Assembly (NCBI GenBank): GCA_951406725.2
Contig: OX597826.1
Coordinates: forward strand, 64,356,001-64,420,000
From: Octopus vulgaris
Taxonomy: Eukaryota
Reading direction: 5' to 3'
DNA: 64,000 bases
Part shown: positions 39,301 through 54,572 of the stretch, one piece after another
Numbering within the stretch: the first letter of the stretch is position 1
Layout of the letters: each line of letters opens with the position of its first letter
Notes under the pieces: model-generated
Told to the model about the DNA's origin: nothing
What the model saw: only the letters and a program-made list of their open reading frames with translations
Databases searched by the model: none
Position numbers and translations under genes: made by a program

Positions 39301-40025
39301 AAAAACCATTTGGCTGCCTGCTTTTGTATCTTCTTAGGGGTACAAACAAATGAAATCACACCCACTAAAGTATACACGTGGGATTTAGGGATTAAAATGA
39401 TAGAATGTAATTTGAAAGATTTGGCTGCAGAGTGAATGACCATATAGATGCTGGTTTGTTGCAAAATTGGTGTCATATTAAGTCGGTTAGTGAAGGCACA
39501 TAGCTTAATGGTTAGGGTGTTGAACTTATGAGAATAAGGTCATTGGTTCAATTTCTGATGCAGGAGGTGTATTGTATTCTTGAGCAAGGCATTATGTCAT
39601 ATTGCTCCTGTCTAAGCTAAAAATGAGAACCAGTCTAGTATTAGTGCAACCTGCTCTCCTGTTAGTTGTTACATCATGGATTTTTCTGGATCAATGAGAA
39701 GAGGGTCAAGAGGGTGCTTATGTCTGTTTATGACCACACAGATACACCTAAAACAATTAACTCAACCATGATAAATATCACCAAGTCACACTTGTTTGCA
39801 AGTGATGGCTTTGCTTTATGCTGAATTAACCAAGTGCTATTTAGCATTATCATTAATATTGTAATAAGGTTTTATAATATTGGCATTAGGAAGGGCATCC
39901 AGCCATAGAGACCAAGCCAAGTCAGACTGGAACCTGATACAGTTCTTTGGCTTACCAGTTCCAGTCAAACTGTCTTACCCATGCCAGCATGGAAAGCAGA
40001 CACTAAATAATGACGATGATATTTT

Positions 40026-40230
40026 AAGGTGGCAAGCTGGCAGAATCATTAGCATGCCAGACAAAATGCTTAGCAGTATTTCATTTGTCTATACATTCTG
40101 AGTTCAAATTCTGCCAAGGTAGACTTTGCCTTTTATCCTTTTGGGGTCAATAAGATAAGTTGGGGTTGATGTAACCTACTAACCACCGCCACCAAAATTT
40201 GCTGGTCTTGTGCCAGAATTTGAAACCATT
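40026..40230 (+). mobile_element. SINE family B following an RTE-tail fragment (39880-40020)
   Basis: aaggtggcaagctggcagaatcattagc head; upstream ggcattaggaagggcatccagc...gatgat tail. Confidence 0.8.
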
Positions 40231-40826
40231 AGTTTTGATAAAACTTTTAATTCAATTATGAAGACTTTAGCGTATGCAGTCTCAGACAAGATAACATTAA
40301 AAGGGTTAAGGAGGAAATATTTTTCCTGAAATGGAAGCCAATCTGTTTAACACTGTATCATCGACAATGCTTGTGTGTGTGTGTGTGTGTGTGTGTATGA
40401 ATGAACAGACAGGCACAATACACCATTTGTTCCAAATGCCACAACAGATAACCACAGCTCAGATCAGAATACAAACTACTGAAGTGAAATGGGAAGCTAC
40501 AATTTCATTCATGGTTTGAAGTGTTGTGGAATATAGGCCAGAGGCAAAGCAGATATATATCTAGCCAAACGTGATGGTGATAAACAGCATACATATATTA
40601 ACAACTACACCTTTGAATATTCCTTATGTCTGGCATGTGTGTATATAGGCATGCATATTTTTTATTAAAAGCATATTCAAAGGTGTATATATATATATAT
40701 ATATGTGTGTGAATATATATTTTCAAAAAACAATCAAAGGATTGGTTGTTTATATGTACATACACACAAATAAAAATATATATATGCATGCATACACATA
40801 TACATACACATATATACAAACATATG

Positions 40827-40870
<44 letters not shown>

Positions 40871-41574
40871 ATTTTTCAGAAATATTTCTGCAAATAGATA
40901 ATACCATACTTTTACATTCTGCCTAATTTAGAATCAGTTTTATCAGAGTTGACCTGTGGCTAAATAAAAACATCTTCAAAATGCTCTTACTAATTATCTG
41001 TTCATGATAGATGGGAAAGGCCAACATTCCCCAATAAATACTCACTTGTAAGTCTTGAGCATGGGTGCAAGCATGGCTGTAATGGGTAAGAAGTGCCCTC
41101 AACAATTACATACCTCTGGATTCAATCCCAATGTATGACACTTTGAGCATATGTCTTGTATGATAACCTCAGGTCAACTTGTGAGTGGAATTTGTAGATG
41201 GAAACTGTATGAAAGCCCTGTGTATGTGAAAGAGAGAGAGGGAGAGAGGGGGAGAGAGCGAGATAGTAAGATGTGCGTGTGTGCTTTCCACTGAAGTATA
41301 TCAGTGAAGGTTACAGACATCCGTAACCTCACTGCTGAAAACTCATGCTTTACTGATAAATCCTTGAATGCACTTGTTCTACATTGAGTCACAGACACTA
41401 TCTCATTGTTGCCATCAGAAAAGCAGTTAATTAGTGATCGGCCCATTACAAGCCTGTAGTTAATAACTAAAATGTTCATCAACTATCCATATTGGATAAA
41501 TAAATAAATATATTCCTGCAAAGCCACACTCAAGTGGGACTTTACATGGATATATTTCAAGTGCACTCAGATAT

Positions 41575-42152
41575 TCTTTTACTTGTTTCAGTCATTTGAC
41601 TGTGGCTATGCTGGAGCACCGCCTTTAGTCGAGCAAATCAACCCCAGAGCTTATTTTTTGTAAGCTAGTACTTATTCTATCGGTCTCTTTTGCCAAACTG
41701 CTAAGTTATGGGGACGTAAATACACCAGCATCAGTTGCCAAGCGATTTTGAGAGGACAAACACAGACACACAAACATATACACACACACATACCCTCTCT
41801 CTCTTTCGGAGAGGCACAAGCACCTACACGCACATAATACACACACGGCAGTAACTTCCACCTACCGAATTCAATCACAAAGCTCCGGTCGGCTCAGGGC
41901 TATAGTGGAAGACACCTACCCAAAGTGCCACGCAGTGGGACTGAACCCGAAACCATATAGCTAGGAAGCAAGCTCCCTAACCACATAGCCATGCCAAGCT
42001 TCTAGTTTCCGTCTACCAAATCCACTCACAAGTCTTTGGTCGGCCTGAGGCTATAGTAGAAGACACTTGCCCAAGCTGCCACGCAGCGGGACTGAACCCA
42101 GGACCATGTGGCAGGTAAGTAAGCTACTTACCGCACAGCCACTCCTGCGCCT
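41575..42152 (-). mobile_element. SINE family A plus an adjacent second head fragment (42004-42152)
   Basis: Two successive head segments in the same orientation. Confidence 0.85.
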
Positions 42153-43093
42153 ATGTGAGAAAAAACCTTCAGCTAAGGAGATAGTTCTGGGAGAAAATTC
42201 GCGTATTAGACATATGTGGAAACACATAAGGGCTGTGAATGACATCATGGGATCATAGGATGTATACATTTCTGTGCTGTTTCACTTTGTTAGCTACAAA
42301 CAACATTGCTATCACTCACAGTTAGATAAGAATGGAATTACTTTTATTAAAACAGCATACAGAATATACATTTGTGTGTGTACAACTTTGTTTAGTTAGA
42401 ATTAAATAGTATAATAGAATTAAATAGAATATAAAATATATTCATATAAAATCACATCCAATATGTTGCAGTGTATTTGGACAATAAGAACTTTTACTGT
42501 GAAAATAGACCTGAGAGAAAACTCTCCACCAAATTGTGTTTGGAAACACATTTTTTTCTTCTTTTTTTGAAAGAGCAACACATGAATTCTGGTGCATCGT
42601 TTGACACTTGTTTCCTGTGTTGTTGGCTACAAAAACCAAATCTATCACTCAAAACCTGCCAAGAACAATTATTCTTATTAAAACATCATCATCATTTAAC
42701 GTCTGCTTTCCATGCTAGCATGGGTTGGACGATTTGACTGAGGACCAGGCTCCAATCTTGATCTGGCAGAATTTCTACAGCTGGATGCCTTCCTAATGCC
42801 AAATATAGAATATAAAACACCATATAGAATATATGTTGATATGTGCAAAGCTTGGTCAAGTTAGAATTAAATACATAATGTTGCACAGTCCATCTTTTGT
42901 TTTCACACATATCTAAGAGGAAAAATTTTCTCTTTGGATTACCTCTGCAGTGAAACTCTTCTCACATCTGAATGCTCTTGAATATGTTGAATATGACTTT
43001 ACATGAATATATTTTATTCAATGCTGTTCTGTTTGACCTTATTTAAGAAAAATAAATAGAAATCATCTGTTGTCATTTCATGGATGTATCTCT

Positions 43094-43642
43094 ATCTTTT
43101 TTAGCCCTTTCCAAGCCTAGCCAGGCTCATGGGACCAGTTTCCTGGTTTCTGTAGCATATGTGTTCCCCCAGTTGGATGGGACACCAATCCATCTCAGTG
43201 TTACTCAAGAAACAGGAAGAGAGAGTGAGAGAAAGTTGTGTCAAAAGAGTACAACTGGGGTCGCCACCAACCCCTGCCGGAGCCTCGTGGAGCTTTAGGT
43301 GTTTTCGCTCAATAAACACACACAACGCCTGGTCTGGGAATTGAACTGCAATCCTCCGACCGCGAGTCCGCTGCCCTAATCACTGGGCTATTGTGCCTCC
43401 ACAAGCGCTCTTTTAAAGCCTAGCCAGGCTCATGGGCCTGGTTTCCCGGCATATGTGTTCCCCAGCTGGATGAGATGCCAGTCCATCACAGTGTTACTCC
43501 TTTTTGCCAGCTGAGTGGACTGGAGCAACGTGAAATGAAGTGTTTTGCTCAAGAACATAACGCATTGCCTGGTCCAGGAATCAAAACCACAATCTTATGA
43601 TCATGATGCTGATACCCTAACCACTAAACCACGCACCTCCAC
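43094..43642 (-). mobile_element. Two adjacent family-C-type SINEs with different heads and a shared tail
   Basis: The shared tail aagcctagccaggctcatggg...tgtgttcccc occurs twice; heads match 10809 and 59223 respectively. Confidence 0.85.
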
Positions 43643-44047
43643 ATATCTCTGTATAATATATTTAATTTCAGAAAGTCTCAATTCACCAATCTATAGATAA
43701 CTAAATTTCAAGGAATATTATTACACACAGACTTGTATCTTATCCATGGCTATGAAATTCATATTCTGATTACGTGATTTAGTGACATGAAATCAGAGAT
43801 AAATGCCAGTATTCAATGTTTCTGCCTAAGACCCCGAGAGAGTAGATTTATAGCTTGCTATGTGGTTGACAGGCCAGCTACAAGAAATAAGAAATATTCA
43901 ATGGGAGAAGATTTATAGTTAGCTGTTAATATGGATGACAGGCTGTTTATGATATGTTTGATAAAAGGAGATTCATAACAGGCATAGGGCTGACTGGCTG
44001 TCTACATACAAGACAGTAGTAATCTTGTTACAAGTCTATATTATCTT

Positions 44048-44420
44048 CCTTTATTTGTTTCAGTTATTAGACTGTGACCAAGCTGGGGCACTGCCTTGAA
44101 GGGTTTTAGTCAAACAAATTGATCCCAGAACTAATTTTTCTTCTTAAGTCTGCTATTTATTCTATCAATCTCTTTTTCCAAATCATTAAGTTATGAGAAC
44201 ACAAACAAACCAATATCAGTTGTCAAAGTGGGTGGGAACAAACACACACATACATACACACAATGGGCTTCCGTATAATTTGCACCTACAACATTAATTC
44301 ACAAGACATTGGTCAATCCAGGGCTACAATAGAAGATGCTTACCCAAGGTACTATACAGTGGGACTGAACCCCAAACCACATGATTGCAAAGCAAGCTTC
44401 CTAACCACACAGCCATCCTG
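44048..44420 (-). mobile_element. SINE family A (old)
   Basis: Family A motifs, diverged; a similar copy lies at about 45975-46320. Confidence 0.78.
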
Positions 44421-47091
44421 TGCAAAATTGCTGATTTAACAATATTACTCAAATGTGAATTTAAGCTGAAAATCACTTTAAATATTTTAATTTACAAAAA
44501 GTTCCACTGACATCTATTGGTGGATTGTAGAGATAGTTGAAACAATTATTTATAACAGCTGTAGCAAGTGACAATTATAGCAATTTTTAGAGATTAAATA
44601 ACCATTTCTATTATCATAATAAAGCATTTACATAAAAATGCACACTCAGTATTATTAGAAAAATATTTCAAAATTTCTGTGTTTTTAAGTGTAAATTGTC
44701 ATCATCATCTTCATAACATCCACTTTTCCATGTTTGCATGGGTCAGATGAAATTTATTAAAGGTAGATTGTTCAACTGTTGGATGACTTTCTTGTCACCA
44801 ACCTTCACCTGTTTCCATGCAAGATAATATTTTCCCATGGCCAGACATGCTTTTGCTGAATATTGGAAATGAATGACGTTGCTTGTATGACAATGACACT
44901 TATTTACAAGCATCACATGATGTCAAGATAAGGATATAAACAATGGATTTCTTTCATCTTCTGTCTATCAAGTCCACTTAAAAGGCTTTGCTCAGGGTCA
45001 GCTCATGGCTATAAAAGATAATTTGCCTAATCATGTGGTTTTAGAAACAGACTTTTAGAAACTGACTCAGCAAAGATGTTTAAGTGCAACCACATCTTAC
45101 AGTCTTTTAATGTAAAGTAGACCAAAGTGGAGCAAAATCTAAAGACAGTTCCTTAATTTGTAGAGTTTAATGGGATTTGCTAAGTAGATACCCCATCAGG
45201 AGTCTGGGTAGATATATCGAAGCGATTATCAGGAATATTGATACTTTTGGTACAACTCAAGCTATACCTAATCTCAGTCTTATTTACGGTACCCCTTGAT
45301 GGTATCTCATGCATATAATAGAAAGAATCTACTTCATTAGCAGAACCTTTCTATGCAAGGAAAGCTAAGATGGCTTATGTAGTCAAGAGGATGAACAAAT
45401 CTGATGTGCTTCTCAATGGTAGCATTGTTGCATTAAATTATGATTTGTGTCGCATCTAAAAATGATGTTTAACCATCATTCTAGGTTAAGCATCAATTGA
45501 AGATTTCACAGCCAAATGAAATACATCACTTTATAATTCCAATGTAGCAAAGAGATGTGAGTTGTTTTCAGAAATTACTTCAAGAATTATGTTGTGTGGA
45601 CGCCCCCAGACGATGAACTAGACTAACCCAATACATAGATATAGAGGGAGAAGTCTAGACGTCAAGAGTAGAAGTAGTAGACTAGAACAGAGTAGCAGTA
45701 GAGAAGAGTTGAGTAGTAGAGGTATCTGAATGTGTGACATAACAGTGGTGATGAGGATGAGATAACTCACACAGCCACTGTGTAGTATTGCGATATAGCA
45801 AATTAATACTACAAAAATCACCCAATAGTGCATTTGAGTATCATTAAGGGATCTGGGATTTTGTAGGATTTTCTTAACAGTATGAGTTCTAATCACCACC
45901 AAAGGTCATTTTAAATCTTGTTAAGTGTTTTATACCAAACAACTTTCTGATTAGTTACTAGAGTAAATTGTTTACTTTTTTACTGGTTTCAGTCACTGGA
46001 CTGCGACCATACTGGGGCACTGCCTTAAAGGGTTTAGCCAAACAAATTGACCCCAGTATCTATTTTGTTTTTAAAGCTTGGTACTTAAAATTATTGGTCT
46101 CTTTTGCCCAAATGCTAAGTTATAGTGACAAACAAACCAACACTGGTTGTCAAGTAGTGGTGACAGACAAACACACACACACACACAAACACACACAGGT
46201 ACATACATACATACATACATTGACATACATACATAGACATACATTGACATACATACACTTATGACAAGCTTTTTCAGTTTCCTTTCACCATATCTACTCA
46301 CAAGGCTTTAGTTTGCCTAAGAAAAAAAATGACAACATTTTTCGATAGTCACCAACTGCTATATAAACCTGCATTCCTACTCTGCAATAATTTTTTTGAC
46401 AGAATTTAGAGACCAAGAAACAAAAAATGCTACAGACTTGGTGTTTTGATTAAAAGTGGCCTGACTATGATAAATAACAAGTCTGTGTACTTCACTTACA
46501 ATAGCAGCCATAGTAGTTCTTTTTTAAGTTATTGATTGCCATTATATATTTCCATGAGTGTCAGAACTGGGCATTAATTAATAGTATTATTCATGCAGAG
46601 ATGCAAGGAACCTTTCATGTAAAATAAGCAGAGTGACATATAACACAAGATAAGTATTAGTTATTAGTAGGCACAGACATTTCTCTGAGTGGAATTAAAC
46701 ATGAGGAATCAGGATATAATTAATGGCTAATCTAGTAACCTAGAATACAGGGAGATTTTGTGCAAAATTTTCATTTATCATTATCATAGCCTTATAGTCC
46801 TTAGCTGGCAAATTTAGTTAATACAACTGATTCAAAAGTAAAATTTTTGTAACGTTTTCTATAGCTGGATGCCCTTCTTAACACCAATCATTTTACAGTA
46901 TACTAGAGGCATTTTTTTGGTGACACCAGCACTATAGAGGCTGTCTTGATGCAGTGAGTCTAACATCTGTTGTGAAATTGATTGGTAATATTGGCTGCAA
47001 TGGATCTATAATACTAAATATTTTGATTAATATACTCATGCTATTGACAAACATACATGCCTATTTTTTGACTCACAGATTCTTAGGTGAC

Positions 47092-47125
<34 letters not shown>

Positions 47126-47283
47126 CACACACACACACATGCATGCACACACACGTATGTACATACATACAGTAGTTTGCATCAGTACAATACACATTTT
47201 CAGGTATTTCAGTCTCAATGTTTAGATCAACATTCGAATCCTATACCTGTATTGTATGGTCACTATATTTTCCATGCAAGAGT

Positions 47284-47488
47284 ACTCTCTTTACTTGTTT
47301 CAGTCATTTGACTGTGGCCATGCTGGAGCACCGCCTTTAGTCGAGCAAATCGACCTCTGGACTTATTCTTTGTAAGCCTGGTACTTCTTCTATCGGTCTC
47401 TTTTGCTGAACCACTATGTTACGGGGATGTAAACACACCAGCATCGGTTGTCAAGCGATGTTGGGGGGACAAACAGACACAAGCACAT

Positions 47489-47519
<31 letters not shown>

Positions 47520-47700
47520 CATATATACATATATACGACAGGCTTCTTTCAGTTTCCATCTACCAAATCCACTCACAAGGCTTTGGGCGGCTCGAGGCTA
47601 TAGTAGAAGTCACTTGCCCAAGGTGCCACACAGTGGGACTGAACCCAGAACCATGTGGTTTGCAAGCAAACTGCTTACCACACAACCACCCCTATGCCTA
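47284..47700 (-). mobile_element. SINE family A, full length
   Basis: Consensus-like. Confidence 0.9.
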
Positions 47701-48038
47701 GTAGGTGAGATTATCAGAAACACAAGCCCCAAAATTGGTCTTCAGTCTTAGGTTTGCTACCCTACAACTATCACCACTCCTCCCTTCCACACACATACAC
47801 ACGCATTCACCTCACTGGCCAGAGAATTGTGTCACACTCTGACTCATATCCGATCACCAACAGTTGATGTGTCAACCGGTAATACAAGCATTTATTATAT
47901 GTAAGAAATCTTGTTTAATGTGTGTATTTAATAGCTAAGGAAAAGTGACAGAGTACACCACCCACAGAAGCCTCTAGCAGTTGTTAAACCCCCTTTTTTT
48001 TTTTGTATTTATAATTTTTAAAATTCATTATATATATA

Positions 48039-48247
48039 GGTGTGGCTGTGTGGTAAGAAGCTTGATTCTCAATGACATGGTTCCATGTTCAGTCTCACTC
48101 TGTGACACCATGGGCAAATGTCTTCTGCCAATCAAACCCATGTGAGTGGATTTGGTAGACAGAAACTGAAAGAAGCCTATTGTGTGTGTGTGTGTGTGTG
48201 TGTGTATACATATATATAAATACATATATATAAATACATATATATAA

Positions 48248-48278
<31 letters not shown>

Positions 48279-48290
48279 TACATACATACA

Positions 48291-48326
<36 letters not shown>

Positions 48327-48998
48327 TATTTATATATATATGTATGGGTGGGTGCATATATGTGTGTAAGTGTGTGTATCTGTGTGAATGTGTGTGTCTG
48401 TAACTTACTATTGATTAACAAATGGTGGTGGTGTGTTTATGTCCTCGTGACTTAGTAGTTCAGCAAAGAAAGACCAATAGAATGAATATCAGGCTTCAAA
48501 ATAAGTACTGGGGTTCGATTAAAATTTCTCAACGCAGTGCTCCAGCATGGCTGCAGTCAAATGACTGAAACAAGTAAAAGAATATATATATATATATTCT
48601 TTTACTTGCTTCAGTCATTTGACTGCAGCCATGCTGGAGCACTGCTTTTACTGAAACAAATCAACCCCAGGACTTATTCTTTGTAAGCCTAGTACTTATT
48701 CTATCGGTCTCTTTTGTCAAACCACTAAATTACAGGGATGTAAAGACACTAACACCAGTTCTCAAGTGATGGTGGAGGAGACAAAGACAGACACACAAAT
48801 GCATACACATATATATACACACGCACACACACACACAACAGGCTTCTTTCAGTTTCTGTTTATCAAATCCACTCACAAGGCTTTGGTCAGCCTGAGGCTA
48901 TAGTATAAGCCACTTGCCCAAGGTGCCACGCTGTGGGACTGAACCTGAAACCATGTGTTTGGGAAGCAAGCTTCTTACCACACAGCCACTCCTGCACC
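48039..48998. mobile_element. Tail-to-tail pair of SINE family A (48039-48582 plus, 48597-48998 minus)
   Basis: tgactgaaacaagtaaaagaa (TA)n ttcttttacttgcttcagtca at the junction. Confidence 0.88.
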
Positions 48999-51669
48999 TA
49001 TAACATATCTCCAATTAATGCTGTTGGTTATAGTTTCCTAACAGACCAGGGATTAGTTTTCAGTATCATGGTGAGAATAATAAGTGTTTGTAACTGTACA
49101 AAGAATTTAATGAGATGATTAGTTGCCGCTGTTTGGATGCTGGCAATTTGGCAACGATACGTTTTGGCACTAGAGACAAACACAGACACACATACACACA
49201 CATGCTCACACACTTAAACAGAGAGAGAGAGAAAGAGACAGATAGATAGACAGAGACAAAGAGAGAAAGACAGACAGAGACAGACAGAGAGACACAGAGA
49301 GAGAGTTTTTCGCAATAGGAGTCATTTAATATATCATAATGCTCCCCTATCTCTCTCTCTCTCTCTCTGATCTTTCTACTCATAGTACCAAAATTCAAAT
49401 TTACTGTCAGTTTTACTATGTGAAAGACGTACAGAAATCCATTGAGAAAATGTTTCTTTTCCATGCTTCAGCACTAACATGCGTTAATGCATGCATTAGG
49501 GCATATCTATGTACATGCATTAGTGCATGTGCATGACTCTTGTCCTCTTTAAGAGTCTTTACAATCAACTACACTATGATGATCACTTGAAGACTGGAAG
49601 ACATTGCTACTTGCCATTCATTTTGATAATCTCATAGTTGTAGGGGTGTTGAATATATGGAGAAAAAATACCCAGCCACTATCAGGAAAGGTAAGAAAAA
49701 AAGGCATGTATGCCCAAGGATGTGCTGAAAAGTGCCTGGCTTTAAGGATATCATGAAAGGCGTGGTTGGAGGTTAACCTTCTGAGTTCTTTTACAGGGTT
49801 TAGAAAAACTGAAGGACCGTTGCAATAAGTGTGTGAATCTGAGAAGGGAATATGTTAATAAAAATCGTAACTGGTCCTCCTGTATTTCTCTAACCCAAAA
49901 CGATGAACTTGTCGGCAATTACTAAGTAATTCCAGGTCTGTGAATGAAGCTGAACACCAAAGATTGGAATCATGAAGGAATTCACAAATGAAACATGAGA
50001 TGGTTGATGAAAATCATTGGATTTGAAGGGCAATAATAAGCTGTCAGTGTGTGAATGTATGTGTATGTGTGTATGTGTATAATTTTGCATCAAAAGTTTG
50101 TTTTCATTAAGGAAGAAGTCATTCCAATCAAGAATAATTAAAGTATATAAACTGAATGTATACTGGTGATTGCTTGTTGGCACAAGGCCACCATTTCAAT
50201 GAGAATTATGTAAACACACACAATAAGCTTCTTTCAGTTTCTTTCTACCAAATTTACTTTTATTCTCTCCAACTAATTTGTGATTAATGATTCTGCCAGC
50301 TCATTACCTAAAAATAATGATTTCAAATTTTGGCACAAGGCCAATAACTTTGGGAAAGCAGGTAAGTCAATTACATTGACCTCAGTACTCAACTGGCGTT
50401 TATTTTATTTACCCTGAAGGGATGAAAGCAAAGTCGACTTCAGTGAAATTTGAACTTAGAATGTAATGACAGATGAAATACCACTAAGTATTTTGTTTGG
50501 TGTATTAATAATTCTGCCATCTCACTACCTTCGTCATCGTAGTAGTAGTAGTAGTAGTAGTAATAATAATAATAATAATAATAAGGGAAAGTTTAAGATC
50601 AGACAATTATTGCTGCCCAGCTTTCCCACCCCAGTCACTTTCTTTTTACTTTTTTTTTTTCCGAGAGATTGAACGGGAATCAACTTGCTTAAAACAGTTG
50701 ATATTTCTTCTCCTTAGAATCTACAAAAATATTCCTTACCTTTCTATTTTTTTTTTTTTACATTCCTCAATACAAAAGACGTGTTTATTCTGTAAATGGA
50801 AATGAACTTCCATTGAATAAGTAATTGCCACATTGTAACACTTCTATCAATAGTGGGATAGTATCTGAAACACTTACTGAATAATCAAACTTACTTTATA
50901 TAATTATTTTTTTAATGCTTTGGCATAAAGCCACAAATTTGTTGGGAGGAATTAAAGTGTAATCAATTAAATCAACTCTGGATACCAGCGTAGTATTTAT
51001 CTTATCAAACCTGGTAGAACCAGAAATTACAACATAGAGGAACAGGTAAGGCATCCAGTCTTTTTGCAATTCAATTACATTACCAAAACTGAATGGTGTT
51101 GGTTTTCTTTTTGTCTTGAAATTACTCTGGTTTCATGAAAAACTGACCTGTGAAGGATGAACTTTTTTCAAAATAATTCTAAATTTTGTCAACTGTTCCC
51201 TTGCCTTCAAATTTTTGGCTCTGAAAATCATAATCACTCTCATCATTTAACATCCATATTTCCATGCTTGCATGGCTCAGACAGAAATTGTTGCAGCAGA
51301 TGTTCTATGGCCAGACGCCATTCATGTTGCTAACCCTTATCTATTTCCAAGCAAGTTAATATTTTCCCATGGCCAGATAGGTTTTCCATGGAAGACTGAG
51401 AATGAACAACAACACTTGTGTGACATAATTGCTTGTTTGTGTGTACCCATGTCAAAACATGGGTACACACAAACATATGGGCTTCATTTAGTTTCTGACT
51501 ACCAAATCCACTCACAAGGCTTTGGTCAGCCTGGAACTATTGAAGAAGACAAAGTGCTGTATAGTGGCACTGACACCAATACCACTTGGTTCAGAAGCAA
51601 GCTTCTCAACCAAACAGCCATGGTTGCATCATCATCATCATCATCATCTCGGTTACAAATTATTAGCGA

Positions 51670-51985
51670 AGGTGCATGGCTTAGTGGTTAAGATATTTGG
51701 CTCACAATCGTAAGGTTGCAAGTTCGATTTCCAGTGGCATATTGTTTCCTTCAACAAGATACTTTATTTCATGCTGTTCCAGTTCACTTAGCAGGCAAAA
51801 AATGAGTATTTTAAAGGGCCAGCTTTGTCACATTCAGTGTCACACTGAATCTCCCTGAGAAAAATGTTAAGGGTACATGTATCTGTGGAGGGCTCAGCCA
51901 CCTGCACGTTAATTTCATGAGTAGGTTCTTCTGCCAATAACATCAACTGGAACCCTTGTTGTCATAAGCAATGGGGTGCCAGTTA
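51670..51985 (+). mobile_element. tRNA-head SINE related to family C
   Basis: gaaggtgcatggcttagtggttaa...gttcgatt head; similar heads at about 39493 and 59223. Confidence 0.7.
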
Positions 51986-52812
51986 ACAAATTATCATTGT
52001 AGACATAGTATGTTGTGTCAGACTTCCAAAATTTAGTTTCATTTCTCTACATTCTTAGTTCAAATCCTACTGCAGTCGACTTTGCTTTTCACATTTTCAG
52101 TAAAGCACCAATCAAATAATGGGGTTGATTTCATTGACTATTATTATCATAATAATTATTAATATTATTATTGTTGATGTTATTGCAGCATTTATTCCTA
52201 TAATAAATTCAAAATACAACACAACTGGGTGCTGCTGTTTGGACACTGATGATTTAGCATGACTGACTGGATGTTCAATCTATTTTGGTGACTGTATATT
52301 TTGGCACACTGTGTGCAAACACACACATGCACAGAAATATACACATACAGAGAGAGTGAGAATGGAGGAGAGACACACTATGCTTATATACAAAGATAAC
52401 TAGAGGCTCACACACATAAATGGAAAGTGAGAAAAAAGAAGAGAATGAGAGAAACATTAAAAACATCTGATGTCAAATAAGTGAGCATTAATTCAGTAAC
52501 ACCAAATAGGCAGTGCCGAAAGGGCTGTGCCAAAGGGTCACGTACTATTATAAAGCAAAGGAGGGGTGTGACAAATAGTACAATAGATAGTTTATATTCC
52601 TTAGAATACTGGGTAAATATTAATCAGAGGTCAATGAATCTAGTTAGAATTGGCCTGTGTCAGCAAAGATAATTTGGTTATGTTCATAAATTTGGGTTAG
52701 TATATTATTATATAATGGTGGTGGTGGGTGAGTGAGACAAGAATTTTCAATGTTTTTAAGTCTCTTCATCAAAAAGGAAAACAGGTTTCAAAAATGTTCT
52801 AACAGTAACAAG

Positions 52813-52855
<43 letters not shown>

Positions 52856-52974
52856 ACACACACACACACCAGAAAGAAAGAGAAAGAGAGAGATGGATAG
52901 GAAAAGAAAGGGGGATAGAAAGAGAAGGAGAATCAATAACATAACAGAAAACCAACTGACAAAATCTAAATGAA

Positions 52975-53225
52975 ATGGACATGGCTGGAATGTCTGTGCT
53001 CATAGAAGTGTTTGATCAGAGCTGACCTGAGTTTAAACAACAACAGGGAAATCTTTATATGATAATTCAGTTCACTAGAAATAGCAACAAGTCTCCCTCA
53101 CTCACATGTATTTCAAACAATTAAAAAAAAACAAAATGAGAACGAGAACGAAGAATGATAAGATAACGAAGTTCTAGATACACTATCTGCAACAGAAGAC
53201 TGAATGGTCATAGCTGGAATGCTTA
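52975..53225. repeat. Old dispersed repeat family D (more than 10 diverged copies, e.g. 670-850, 19295-19490, 35245-35400, 38400-38590, 55450-55660, 58130-58310)
   Basis: Shared motifs ctagaaatagcagccaaat.tccctcaaatcac and atggctggaatg.ctttgatca...gacctggg.ctaaacaac. Confidence 0.65.
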
Positions 53226-53231
53226 ATCAAT

Positions 53232-53595
53232 TAGAATGGTTGTATACTGTCAATCTAACACGAACGTGACAGTAGGGGGATACACCACCGCTGTTTAGCC
53301 CTAGGAAGCATCGACGCCTCCTGATGGCTTTGACACATTTTTCCTGTGTCCTTACATACATTTACGACCCTCAGCTGCCCGGGCTGCATCTAGGGACACG
53401 TGTTTCAGGATGATTGTCCCTAGATGCAGCCTGGGCGGCTGAGGGTATTTGTCTCCCCTTCGTAAATGTATATAAGGACACAGGAAAAATGTGTCAAAGC
53501 CATCAGGAGGCATCGATGCTTCCTAGGGCTAAACAGTGGTGGTGTACCCCACTACTGTCACGTTCGTGTTAGATTGACAGTATACAACCATTCTA
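53232..53595. mobile_element. About 364-bp foldback (arms about 165-180 bp), probably a Penelope-like inverted insertion
   Basis: Arms are near-perfect reverse complements; the centre carries GAAACACGTGTC on the minus strand; possible TSD atcaattag at 53226-53234 and 53654-53662. Confidence 0.75.
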
Positions 53596-54039
53596 TCACC
53601 CCACCACCGTACATGTCACTACGAGAGATTTAGAAATTTAGTATTTCTGATTCATCAATTAGGTATTCTCAAATACCAAGGTGGGGTTTATCTGCCCTAA
53701 TTTAAACATTAAATTACAATAAATAGAACATTTGTATTATAAGCTTTGTTTTCCTGAGATTGGGGCTTCTCTGTGCAACCCTGCCCCTTTTTTATTCAAT
53801 GTGTGTGTGCGTGCATGCATGCGTGCATGTGTGTGTGACAGCAGAATGATCTAGGATGTTTGGAACAAAAACATTCCAGCTATAAAACCTGCCTTTATAT
53901 AAGTAGGTTTTCACAAACAGTATTCGTTAGTCTCTTGGTGTAATCCTAAACCCAAATAGCTGATTAACTTATTGAACAAACACCAAATCAATCACGTTCA
54001 GTTTGTGTGCATAGGGTGTGAGCATTTTTGTGTGTTAAT

Positions 54040-54572
<533 letters not shown>

